Shown here in pieces: positions 29,469-38,680 of a DNA stretch of 64,000 nt. The position numbers were made by a program, and so were the translations under genes. Position 1 is the first letter of the stretch. The number at the start of each line of letters is the position of its first letter. This DNA comes from Candidatus Daviesbacteria bacterium RIFCSPLOWO2_01_FULL_39_23. GTDB lineage: Bacteria; Patescibacteriota; Microgenomatia; Daviesbacterales; UBA10151. Below the pieces are notes generated by a model. It was not told the DNA's origin and did not search any database. It saw only the letters and a list, made by a program, of their open reading frames with translations. The DNA is taken from NCBI GenBank assembly GCA_001776935.1, contig MFDN01000001.1, positions 165,449-229,448 on the forward strand, in the 5' to 3' direction.

Positions 29469-29553
29469 GGTTACAGTCTTCCGCGGCATTTGGTGACGAA
29501 GCGGTCGTAAACTTTGACAGAAAACCGTGGCTTAAAAGCCGCGGAGGTTTATA
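29384..29553. mobile_element. GC-rich structured mini-element, IS200/IS605-like non-autonomous element or structured ncRNA
   Basis: Outer stem 29384-29399 with 29497-29512; hairpins 29406-29426, 29436-29453 and 29525-29544; the first and last hairpins are both preceded by AAAA; no transposase ORF. Confidence 0.45.
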
Positions 29554-29557
29554 GTAA

Positions 29558-30568
29558 TTAATTAGGCAGATTTAATTTATGAAAACAAATTATATCACCA
29601 TCAGGTAAACCTTGAGAATATTTTTTTATTTCAATTAGGTCTAACTTCTTATTCTTTACTTTTAAATACTGTTTATAACCTAATTTTTGCATAAACATAA
29701 ATGCTTTTTGAAGGTTTTTAAAGTTACCAAACCTTTCTAAGACAGGAGAATGTTCATAAAAAACTATCGGTCGGCTTTTCTTAATAGTTTCCCTGCCTCC
29801 TTTTAGGACCTTTAAGTCAGCTCCTTCCGCATCAATCTTGATAAATTCTATTTTTTTAATTTTATTTTCTTTTACATACCTATCAATGGTGGAAGCGTTA
29901 ACAATCTTCTCACTTATTTTATAGGTAAGGTTTGCTACTATTGTTGACAGGCCGTCATTACGAAGTCCATTGTCTTGCACGGCACGATTTATATTAAGTG
30001 TTACCTTTTCGGTTGCTGGATTATCCTGTAAAGCCATTTCCTCCACGATAATATTGCTGAAACTATTTAGTTTGATATTTTTTTTCAGTTGGCTTACAAC
30101 TTTTTCGTCAGGATCAAAGGAATAAACTTTTCCCAGGGGAACACATTTTTTTGCAAATGGTAAACTAAGTAAACCTGCATTTGCGCCAACATCAAAAATT
30201 ACCGAATCTTTATTTATTAATCCTTTAAGTTTTGTGCATAACCAACCGTTAAATATTCCGTTTTTAACAATTGCATTATCCAAAACAGAATTTGGCCGAA
30301 TCCAATATTTAATATTATATAAACCAGTAAAGACATATGGGGGTTTATGGTCATAAACCTTTGCTAATTTAACTTTTTTACCCTCACCAGATTCTTTTAG
30401 AATTTTGATCAATTTTTTTTCATCAATGCCATTGGGTTTTATTATGCTTCTCATCATTTTTAAATAATGATTGAGGCCAACTTCGTCAGGTTCTCTTTCT
30501 AAAGCCGTTAAGTAGCATCTGCGGATTATCTCTTTATTTTTTTTAGTAAAACCAAAGATTTTGAACAT
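29558..30568 (-). CDS. FkbM family methyltransferase with N-terminal DUF4214-like helical domain
   Basis: FDVGANAG, FDPD, IKIDAEGAD; N-terminus IRRCYLTALEREPDEVGLNHY. Confidence 0.85.
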   Translation of the reverse strand: MFKIFGFTKKNKEIIRRCYLTALEREPDEVGLNHYLKMMRSIIKPNGIDEKKLIKILKESGEGKKVKLAKVYDHKPPYVFTGLYNIKYWIRPNSVLDNAIVKNGIFNGWLCTKLKGLINKDSVIFDVGANAGLLSLPFAKKCVPLGKVYSFDPDEKVVSQLKKNIKLNSFSNIIVEEMALQDNPATEKVTLNINRAVQDNGLRNDGLSTIVANLTYKISEKIVNASTIDRYVKENKIKKIEFIKIDAEGADLKVLKGGRETIKKSRPIVFYEHSPVLERFGNFKNLQKAFMFMQKLGYKQYLKVKNKKLDLIEIKKYSQGLPDGDIICFHKLNLPN

Positions 30569-30676
30569 GAAGGAAAGTTAATAAATAGCAATAAATGACT
30601 GATAATAAACAATTATATTGTAATTCTTTAATCTATGAAAATCAACTTTTATAGCCGCAAAAAATTATTCGAGGTC

Positions 30677-30705
30677 TTGTAATAGTTATAAGTGAAATAT
30701 ATACT
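30677..30705 (+). promoter_or_regulatory. sigma70-like promoter, probable leaderless start at 30713
   Basis: TTGTAA (30677-30682), 17 nt, TATACT (30700-30705), 7 nt, ATG 30713. Confidence 0.55.
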
Positions 30706-30712
30706 TTTGATA

Positions 30713-32641
30713 ATGTTTCTAACTGATTTCCTGCTTTTTATTGTCTTTCAATTGTTGATTGTTTATCCGTTGGGCAAGACTATCTTAAATTTTATGGGAA
30801 TGAAGTTTTGGTTAATTCCCAGCCTTGTTTTTGGGGTAAATATTGGTATTGTTGTTTTAACAATAGCTGCTTTAATTTTAGGCTATACAAATAATTATTA
30901 TTTACTGCCATTAATAGCTGTAATCTCCTTAATCCTATTTTTTCTTCAAATAAGAAATATAAAATTTTCAAAGTTTAATATAAGGGGAATCCTAAAATTG
31001 CCGGATTTAGTTGTTATATCAACAATCCTGTTATGTGTTTTAATACAGTCATTCATAGTGTTTCCTAATGGGGTGAGTACTGGTGGAATCTTACGGGTTA
31101 AAAATGTTTTTACAGAGGATGGTATGTGGCATATTGCAATAATAAATAACCTTAAAAAATCTATTCCTCCCTCAAACCCTATTTTTGCAGGGGAAAAATT
31201 AACAAATTATAACTATTTTTCAGATATCTATATTGCTGTAATACAAAAATTTACACATATCAAGACTCTAACTTTGTATTTCAAATTAATAGGCCCTTTC
31301 TTGGCCCTTCTTTGTGCCGTGTCACTTTATTTTATTTTGAAGGTGCTTACAGGGAATCAAATAATAGCCGGAATGGGAGTTTTACTGATTACATTGGCCA
31401 GTACATATTACTATATATTTGGAATTTTTAAGCCCGGTTTGAATATTAACCCAAGTACTTTTTTTGGGAATGATTATGTCAGCAGGATGGTGAATTACCA
31501 ACTATCGTTCTCGTATTTAATTATTACAAGTTTTTTGTACCTTTTGCTTCACAGAAAAGATTCGTTTAGATTTATCATAATTGCATCGTTTCTTATTAGT
31601 AGCGGGATTGGTTTTAAGTCGTACGGGACAATCCTTATTATTCCGGCTTTATATATAGTCGGGTTTTATAATATATTCAGAAAAAAATTTGACTTAATTA
31701 AGATTGCGTTTTTAAGCAGTATTTTTATAGCAGTTTTAGTTTATCTATTTTTAGGGAGCGGTCAGGCTATAAAAACTGTATTCACCTTTGACCCGTTTTG
31801 GTTGATAGGGAATATATTCACTGACCCATTAAGATTCAGTTCTGCTGGCTGGGCAGCAAGCAGGAGTTACTATTTAGATAGTAACAATTATCCAGGTATT
31901 GCGTACCTTTACTTTAAAGGTTTAGTAATTTTTCTTTTTACTCAGTTCGGATTAAAAATTTTGGGGTTTTTATATATCTTGAAGATTAAAGAGAATAAGG
32001 AGAGAGATGTAATATTATTAATATCCATTATCGCATTAACCGGTATTATTATGCCGCTTATTTTTACTCAAGGGGGGGTAAAGTGGAATACGATACAATT
32101 TATCTGGTATTCAAGCTTTGGTTTAGGGATACTTTCAGTCTTATTGATTTCAGGTTTTCAAAAGAAAATAGGATTAAAGCTAATTTTGATTATACTGTTG
32201 TCTGTATGGGTTTCTTATCTACCGGGGGTATTACACTATAGTAAATTTTATTTATCAGATGCAGGTAACTTAACAACATATAATTTTCAAGGTACGCAGG
32301 AATCTTATAAAGCTGCAAGGTTTTTATCTGGTCAGCCTGATGGCGTATTACTCTTAGACTCAAAATACTCACAAACCCCTTTTATTATGGCAATTTCGGA
32401 AAAGAATGCTTACTTTGCCGATGAAAGCATATTATCAAATCTGTTTTTGGATTGGTATACCAGGGACCAAAGAACGAAACTTTTTTTTGATAATTTTACA
32501 AGCAGCGAGTATAAGGAAAAATTCCTGAAAGAAAACAATATTTCTTATGTCTTTACAGCTAAGGATACTTTAAGGCCAGCAAGATATTTGGATAATATTT
32601 TCAATAATGATGAAGTATGGATATACAGAACAAAGTTTTAA
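30713..32641 (+). CDS. polytopic membrane protein, probable GT-C glycosyltransferase
   Basis: Many TM helices; EDGMWH..I..L....PP.NP..AG..L..YNYFSD loop; C-terminal FLKENNISYVF soluble tail. Track start is 30692. Confidence 0.65.
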   Translation: MFLTDFLLFIVFQLLIVYPLGKTILNFMGMKFWLIPSLVFGVNIGIVVLTIAALILGYTNNYYLLPLIAVISLILFFLQIRNIKFSKFNIRGILKLPDLVVISTILLCVLIQSFIVFPNGVSTGGILRVKNVFTEDGMWHIAIINNLKKSIPPSNPIFAGEKLTNYNYFSDIYIAVIQKFTHIKTLTLYFKLIGPFLALLCAVSLYFILKVLTGNQIIAGMGVLLITLASTYYYIFGIFKPGLNINPSTFFGNDYVSRMVNYQLSFSYLIITSFLYLLLHRKDSFRFIIIASFLISSGIGFKSYGTILIIPALYIVGFYNIFRKKFDLIKIAFLSSIFIAVLVYLFLGSGQAIKTVFTFDPFWLIGNIFTDPLRFSSAGWAASRSYYLDSNNYPGIAYLYFKGLVIFLFTQFGLKILGFLYILKIKENKERDVILLISIIALTGIIMPLIFTQGGVKWNTIQFIWYSSFGLGILSVLLISGFQKKIGLKLILIILLSVWVSYLPGVLHYSKFYLSDAGNLTTYNFQGTQESYKAARFLSGQPDGVLLLDSKYSQTPFIMAISEKNAYFADESILSNLFLDWYTRDQRTKLFFDNFTSSEYKEKFLKENNISYVFTAKDTLRPARYLDNIFNNDEVWIYRTKF

Positions 32642-33618
32642 ATAAGATAATTATTGATTTTTTCTAGTATCCTGACTATTCTAAGCCCATGAGTGCCGTC
32701 GTTTAAGGCGGGTTTTTTAGATAAGACTGCCTGAACAAATGAATCAATAACTTTGTATAGTGGTTCTGATGGTTCAATTTTAGGAGTTAATACTTTACCG
32801 GATTTATATTTTAACAGGTTAATATCGACTTTGTTTATTTCTATACTTGAATGGAATATTTGCAGCTGATTTTTCAAATTATTATCATCCCAAAGGAGCA
32901 TTTTTTTACTTCCGGCTATTGTTATATTGCGGATTTTTACTGGAGAAAGCCAGCTTAAATATATATTTGCGACAAAGCCACTTTTATATCTTAGAATGAC
33001 GGTTCCGCTTTCTGTATATTTTGGTTTATGAAATATATGCGATGAACCTGTAACGAAAAACTCCTCAGGCTGTTCTTTATTTAATAAATAATCAAGTATC
33101 GAGAGCTCGTGGGGAGCAAGATCCATAAATACGTTTGTTGATTTGTCTATTTTTCCTAAGTTTGCCCTTATAGAGTGATAATAATAAAGTTTCCCAAGAA
33201 GGTTGCCATTAATCAAGGATTTAATTTTCTCAAGAGGTTTTGAGAAAATATAGGGATGATCTACGCAAAGAATAACCCCCTTATCTGTAGCTAACTTAAT
33301 TAACTTTTGGGCATCTTTAACTGTGGCAGTCATGGGTTTTTCGATAAGGATATTTTTTCCGGCCAGAAGGCATTGCAGAGAAATATTAAAGTGTTCTAAT
33401 ATAGGGACTGCGATAACGACGCAGGAAATGTCTTTATTATTCAGAACTTCCTTAATATCCTGTGTTAGGGAAATATTTGGATAACTCGTTTTAGCTTTTT
33501 TTAATTGTTTCAAAGACAAATCACAAATGTATTCAACTTTTACTTTGGGATGTAATAATAAATTTCTAAGCAGGATCGGGCCCCAGTAACCGTAACCAAT
33601 CAGTGCAATTTTAAGCAT
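32638..33618 (-). CDS. Gfo/Idh/MocA family sugar dehydrogenase (WbpB/WlbA/GnnA-like)
   Basis: GYGYWG, EKPM, DLAPHELS, SWLSPVKIR, EPL. Confidence 0.88.
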   Translation of the reverse strand: MLKIALIGYGYWGPILLRNLLLHPKVKVEYICDLSLKQLKKAKTSYPNISLTQDIKEVLNNKDISCVVIAVPILEHFNISLQCLLAGKNILIEKPMTATVKDAQKLIKLATDKGVILCVDHPYIFSKPLEKIKSLINGNLLGKLYYYHSIRANLGKIDKSTNVFMDLAPHELSILDYLLNKEQPEEFFVTGSSHIFHKPKYTESGTVILRYKSGFVANIYLSWLSPVKIRNITIAGSKKMLLWDDNNLKNQLQIFHSSIEINKVDINLLKYKSGKVLTPKIEPSEPLYKVIDSFVQAVLSKKPALNDGTHGLRIVRILEKINNYLI

Positions 33619-34726
33619 TTTTTATGTTATTTGCTATTTTATTTAACACTGTGACAACGTGATGTATTTGTTTTTCAGTCATTTCAGGATAAATAGGTAT
33701 TGAGAAAATATTCTTGCAAATATTTTCTGCCACAGGTAAATCTTTCTTACGGTATTCTAGATTAGAATAAGCCTCTTGTAAATGCAGAGGGATGGGATAA
33801 TATATTGCCGAGCTTATTCCGTTGCTGGCCAGCATGCTTATTATCAGATTGCGTTTTTTGTGTGCCAGCGTATATGTATAATATACATGTTTACTTTTCG
33901 GAAATGTTTGAGGGATGGTGTAAATACTTGAAAGATTGCTGTTGTAATAGCGGGCAATTTGCCGTCTATTTTCATTCCAGATATCAAGATATTTTAATTT
34001 GATACGTAGTATTGCTGCTTGCAGGTTGTCCAGACGTCCATTGTAGCCTACCAGCTTATGGCTATATTTAGAAGTTCTACCATGGTCTCTTAATAAAAAA
34101 ATAGTTTTTGCGATTTTAGAGCTATTGGTTACAATTGCTCCACCATCACCAAAGCAGCCAAGGTTTTTCGACGGGTAAAAACTAAAACAGGCAATATCAC
34201 CCCAGAAACCTGTTTTTTTGTTTTTGTAAGTAGCTCCATGAGCTTGCGCAGCGTCTTCAATAATTTTTAATTTGTATTTTTTTGCAATTTCGCCTATCTC
34301 ATCCATGTCAGTAATTTGCCCATATAAATGAACCACAATTATTGCTTTTGTTTTTTTGGTAATTTTTTTAGCAATTTGATTTTTATCAAGGTTGTAAGTT
34401 ATGGGATTGGTATCAATAAATACAGGAATTGCGCCGAGGTTTGCAATTGCTGCTGCAGAAGCGGTAAAGGTAAGAGTAGGACATATTACCTGATCCCCGG
34501 TTTTTATCCCTATGGCTTTTAATGCCAGATCTAAGGCTGTACTGCCGGAAGAGAGACCGCAACAATATTTAGCACCACAATATCTGGCAAATTCTCTTTC
34601 AAACATGCGCAGGTCCTCACCTAAAATAAAATCACCGTTTTTAATAATACGTTTGATTACCGGGTCAATCTCTTTCTTAAGCCGTTGATACTGCAGGGGC
34701 AAATCTATTAGAGGAATTTTGTTCAT
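33611..34726 (-). CDS. DegT family aminotransferase (WbpE/GnnB/FdtB-like)
   Basis: IPLIDL, SSGSTAL, VHLYGQ, EDAAQAHG, SFYPSKNLGCFGDGG, GYNGRLD. Alternative start 34738. Confidence 0.92.
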   Translation of the reverse strand: MNKIPLIDLPLQYQRLKKEIDPVIKRIIKNGDFILGEDLRMFEREFARYCGAKYCCGLSSGSTALDLALKAIGIKTGDQVICPTLTFTASAAAIANLGAIPVFIDTNPITYNLDKNQIAKKITKKTKAIIVVHLYGQITDMDEIGEIAKKYKLKIIEDAAQAHGATYKNKKTGFWGDIACFSFYPSKNLGCFGDGGAIVTNSSKIAKTIFLLRDHGRTSKYSHKLVGYNGRLDNLQAAILRIKLKYLDIWNENRRQIARYYNSNLSSIYTIPQTFPKSKHVYYTYTLAHKKRNLIISMLASNGISSAIYYPIPLHLQEAYSNLEYRKKDLPVAENICKNIFSIPIYPEMTEKQIHHVVTVLNKIANNIKNA

Positions 34727-34753
34727 ATGGCTATACATTATGCGAGTTATGGG

Positions 34754-36019
34754 TTATTTAGTCAATAATTTTGCTATTTTCTCCCCTAAATCAGCAGCAT
34801 AATTTGTTCCCCTGTCCCAGGGGTATACCATGTCTAGATTGGCGAGGTATATATTTTTAAGAGGGGTTTGGAATTTGGGGATATGTCTGGAGTGTTTTAG
34901 TGCGACAATGGGTTGTGCGAAAGAGCTTACGAATTTATGTACACTGATTAAATTTTCTTGAAAGTTTGGGTTTAATTTCAATAAATAATCGTTAAATAAT
35001 TTTAGCAGTTGGTTGCCTGTCATTTTTAAATAGGGGTGATCTTTGGGTAGATAATTACCGATATAAACTATATGCTGATTATTGTAATGGGTTGGATTTA
35101 TAAAATTTGTGTGTTCGACAAGGACCAGAAAAGGAAATTCTTTTCGGGCAATGTTTAACCAGTAGGTATTTTTTAGAAAAGATTTTTTTAATACTAATAT
35201 TAAATTTAACGCATCAAGATGTTGGATTATACCTATTTTTTCAACGTACTTTTGAGGGAGATTTGGTGCAATACCGGTAAAAACTGGTGAAGGCGAAGTA
35301 CAGATAATCTTATCGAACTTAAATATATTTTTGGGTGTTTGCAAAGAACAACTGTTTTTAGATGAGTTAATTGATTTTACTTCGGATTTAAAATTGATTT
35401 CTCCTCCCAGCTTTTCTATTTCTCTGACTATTTCATCTGTAAAATTTTTAAAACCTTTTTGAGGATAAGCTAATGATGCAGTTCTTTTTTTAATTCTTGC
35501 CCAGAACCAGGATAATGAGATTGTATTTTTGTAGCTTCCGAACTTTCCGTAAAATAGAGGTTCCCATATCAGCTTTGTTGCTTTTTTACCCATCCATTGC
35601 TCTATCCATTTTAAAGCCAATTTGTTTTCCAGCCTTTTATAGTTATTAAGTAGTTTAAAATAAGCCAGTGAAAGGCCCACTCTAATTCGGGAAAGTAACG
35701 GAAGGCCGGAGAATAATATAAGCGATATGCCGTTATCAAGCGGTAAGATTTTATCGTTTATCAGTATATCGGTGTGCGGTTTTTTAACAACAACTTTGTA
35801 ATTAAGTTCTTTTGCTAGGGCAAGTATTTTATCATCATTTGTAAACCAGTGATGATAGCTTTTTTCCAGAGCCCAATCCCAACTTTTCTTTTTAAATCCA
35901 CTGGCTAGTCCGCCTGCAGACATTTCTTTTTCAAAAATATATACGCTATGTCCTTTTTGCAGTAATCGCAACCCGGCCACGAGACCTGTAAAGCCGGCAC
36001 CGATTATGGCAATTTTCAT
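34754..36019 (-). CDS. FAD-dependent oxidoreductase (amine oxidase/protoporphyrinogen-oxidase-like fold)
   Basis: IIGAGFTGL, GGLA, YHHWF, YPWDRGTN. Confidence 0.8.
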   Translation of the reverse strand: MKIAIIGAGFTGLVAGLRLLQKGHSVYIFEKEMSAGGLASGFKKKSWDWALEKSYHHWFTNDDKILALAKELNYKVVVKKPHTDILINDKILPLDNGISLILFSGLPLLSRIRVGLSLAYFKLLNNYKRLENKLALKWIEQWMGKKATKLIWEPLFYGKFGSYKNTISLSWFWARIKKRTASLAYPQKGFKNFTDEIVREIEKLGGEINFKSEVKSINSSKNSCSLQTPKNIFKFDKIICTSPSPVFTGIAPNLPQKYVEKIGIIQHLDALNLILVLKKSFLKNTYWLNIARKEFPFLVLVEHTNFINPTHYNNQHIVYIGNYLPKDHPYLKMTGNQLLKLFNDYLLKLNPNFQENLISVHKFVSSFAQPIVALKHSRHIPKFQTPLKNIYLANLDMVYPWDRGTNYAADLGEKIAKLLTK

Positions 36020-36104
36020 GCAGTAATCTTATCAGATAGTACAGGAGCTTTCACCTATTGATATTACGCTAATATGTTTTGGTATACTAATACCAGGTTT
36101 AAAG

Positions 36105-37040
36105 ATGAAAAATTCTCAAGGCATAAGTTTAATCATTCATACTAAAAATGAAGAGAGAAATATTAAAGATTGTATTTTATCTGCAAAAAGGATAGTTGAT
36201 GAGATTATTGTTGCCGACATGGCTAGTACAGATAAGACTCTAAAGATAGCAAAATCTCTTGGTGCTTTAATACTTGAACTGCCTGCTGTTGGATTTGTTG
36301 ATAATTTTAGAAATCTTGCCATCGCTAAAGCAAAATTTGAGTGGATACTGAATTTTGATGCAGACGAGAGAATTACCAGGGAATTACAAAAAAAGTTTCT
36401 TAAAATTGTTAAAGAAGACAAGTTTGATGTGGTGCTTGCTCCCAGAAAATGCATAAGGTTTAATAAATGGATCAGATATGGAGGTCATTGGCCGGATTCA
36501 CAATTAATTCTATTTAAAAAAAGCGCTATGAGGTGGCCGGATAAGATTAATCAGGCCCATATTTTGCCTATACTTAAGGGCCGGATATTGACTCTTGAGC
36601 CAAAAGAGGAAAATGCATTTATTCATTATAATATTGAGAATCTTAAGCACCTTCTTTCGAAAATTGTTTGGTACACTACTTTGGAAGGGAGCGGGGATTA
36701 TTTTAAGAAAAATAAATTTACTCCTGAAAACTTAATTAATTATTACAAGGGCGAGTTTAGGTACCGTTATATTGAAGAGAAGGGATACAAGGACGGGATA
36801 AGGGGATTTATTATAGCCAAATTCAGGGAATATTATAAATTTTTGGAATTTGTGAACTGGTGGGAAAGGAAGGGTTATCCTGAAGTATTTAATCAGAACG
36901 AGCTTTTAGATGCTATCTTAGAAAAAGAAGAGTTTGAGAGGATAGAGGCTTTCGGAGTTTCTAAGATCTATAAATTATGGAAGTTTTACCACAAGATGAA
37001 AGATAAGGCTTTGGATGTCATCAAACCTTTTCGCTATTAA
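36105..37040 (+). CDS. GT2 family glycosyltransferase (beta-1,4-glucosyltransferase/KdtX-like)
   Basis: TKNEE, DMASTD, RN, FDADER, GGHWPD, GYKDG.RG. Confidence 0.88.
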   Translation: MKNSQGISLIIHTKNEERNIKDCILSAKRIVDEIIVADMASTDKTLKIAKSLGALILELPAVGFVDNFRNLAIAKAKFEWILNFDADERITRELQKKFLKIVKEDKFDVVLAPRKCIRFNKWIRYGGHWPDSQLILFKKSAMRWPDKINQAHILPILKGRILTLEPKEENAFIHYNIENLKHLLSKIVWYTTLEGSGDYFKKNKFTPENLINYYKGEFRYRYIEEKGYKDGIRGFIIAKFREYYKFLEFVNWWERKGYPEVFNQNELLDAILEKEEFERIEAFGVSKIYKLWKFYHKMKDKALDVIKPFRY

Positions 37041-37770
37041 GTTGGTGATATTTATCAAAAACTATTTTTGCCGGGCCGTCATCCAACAGACGGCCTTGAT
37101 TTATAAGTATTACTCTCTCGCAAAAATTTTTAACCGATTGCTCACTATGGCTTACAAAAATAATTATTTTATCTTTTCTTTGTTTAATTTTTTTAAGGTG
37201 GTTTAGGCATTTTTTTTGAAATCCGACATCTCCAACAGCCAATACCTCATCGATTAAAAGAATGGGTGCATTTACGCAAACTGCGACTGCAAATCCCAGT
37301 CGGGTATACATTCCGGATGAATACCTCTTAAGTGGCTGGTGTATAAACCCGGCTAAGCCGCTAAAGTCTATGATTTTATCAATTACCAAATCAATTTCCT
37401 TTTTATGCATACCTAAGATTGCAGCATTCAGATAAATATTTTCTAAACCACTTAATTCCTGGTGAAAGCCTGCACCCAGTTCAATTAGGGGAGCAACGTT
37501 TCCGTTTACTTTAATAGCACCTTCGGTTGGAACCGTTACTCCGGCGATCAATTTTAGTATCGTTGATTTTCCCGCTCCGTTATTTCCCACAATACCAACT
37601 GTCTCTCCGCATTTGATTTCAAAAGAAATATCATTTAAGGCAGAAAATTCCTTTGCCCATGGTTTTCCAAGCAGGAGACTGGGGAGTGCTTCTTTAAAAG
37701 TCTTATCTTCCTGAAGGAAGAATTTTTTGGATACATTTTTAAAAATAATAGATGGAAAATTATTAAACAT
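37021..37770 (-). CDS. wzt: polysaccharide ABC transporter ATP-binding protein
   Basis: Walker A GNNGAGKST, YSSGM, LLIDEVLAVGD, VSH; no C-terminal carbohydrate-binding domain. Track start is 37803. Confidence 0.92.
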   Translation of the reverse strand: MFNNFPSIIFKNVSKKFFLQEDKTFKEALPSLLLGKPWAKEFSALNDISFEIKCGETVGIVGNNGAGKSTILKLIAGVTVPTEGAIKVNGNVAPLIELGAGFHQELSGLENIYLNAAILGMHKKEIDLVIDKIIDFSGLAGFIHQPLKRYSSGMYTRLGFAVAVCVNAPILLIDEVLAVGDVGFQKKCLNHLKKIKQRKDKIIIFVSHSEQSVKNFCERVILINQGRLLDDGPAKIVFDKYHQLNSEKV

Positions 37771-37774
37771 ATCA

Positions 37775-38557
37775 TTATGCAATATCCGCAAAAACTTTTT
37801 CACTTTTTTTAAAAAACCAGAAACCTAAAATAAAAATTGTCAGGGAGCTTATTATAGACCAGAGAATGGTTCCCAGGTCAAAAGGATAGTTAAAAACTGA
37901 TGATCTGTAGCCTTCTATAATTCCTACCATAGGATTTAACTTATAAAGCCAAACAAGATTTCCCGGTATTAGAGAAAGGGGGTAAACAATGGGTGTTAAA
38001 TACATCCACATTAACAACATTAGAGTTGTTACATACTGAATATCTCTATAAAAAAGATTCGCCGAAGATAGCAACAGAGAAATTCCACACATAAGTATTA
38101 TTTGTAGCAGAAGAAGCGGAACCGTAAAAATAATAGCAGGATGGAAAGGTATTCTATAAAATAACATAAAACCAGCAAGAAGCAGCAAAGAGAGGGCGAG
38201 GTCTATGCTTTTTGCCAGTATTATAGAATATGGAAGTATTTCTCTGGGGAAGTATACTTTTTTCAAAAGGTTGGAATTATCAACAAGCACAAGGGCGGAT
38301 GATGATAAGGATGTTTGTAAATATATCCAGGGCAATAAGCCTACAAAAAGAAATATTGAATACGGTATGCCTCCTGTCGGGAATCTAAATATCACTGAAA
38401 AAACAAAAGAATACACCAAAAGCTGCAATAAGGGGTTAAATATTATCCATGCATACCCTATGATTGATTGTTTATATCTTGCTTTAATTTCCCTTGTTGT
38501 CAGTTGAAACAACAGGTACTTATAAGATACAAACGGTTTGATTAATTGCTTGAACAT
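37775..38557 (-). CDS. wzm: polysaccharide ABC transporter permease
   Basis: REIKARYKQS..G..W...NPL, LLKKVYFPRE, YRD, TPIVYP, LNPM, FAD. Confidence 0.92.
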   Translation of the reverse strand: MFKQLIKPFVSYKYLLFQLTTREIKARYKQSIIGYAWIIFNPLLQLLVYSFVFSVIFRFPTGGIPYSIFLFVGLLPWIYLQTSLSSSALVLVDNSNLLKKVYFPREILPYSIILAKSIDLALSLLLLAGFMLFYRIPFHPAIIFTVPLLLLQIILMCGISLLLSSANLFYRDIQYVTTLMLLMWMYLTPIVYPLSLIPGNLVWLYKLNPMVGIIEGYRSSVFNYPFDLGTILWSIISSLTIFILGFWFFKKSEKVFADIA

Positions 38558-38680
38558 AATATTCAAGATACACTAAATAAAGTGTTTTTACAAGAAATTG
38601 GGAGCCCTGCAGAGAATATACTTGTTTTTAAAATTTGAAAAAGTTAAACTAGTCAAAAGAAAAAAATTTAAACTATTTTA

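Noticed and set aside
29184-29489. 101 aa minus-strand ORF as a transposase for the mini-element
   Set aside because: No HUH or RuvC motif; it is antisense to the TagF-like gene.
29391-29512. tRNA or CRISPR repeat
   Set aside because: No cloverleaf with a T-loop consensus and no regularly spaced direct repeats.
32072-32078. G7 tract (and similar G6/C6 or poly-A/T runs) as phase-variation switches
   Set aside because: Too short, reading frames are intact, and A/T runs are expected at this composition.
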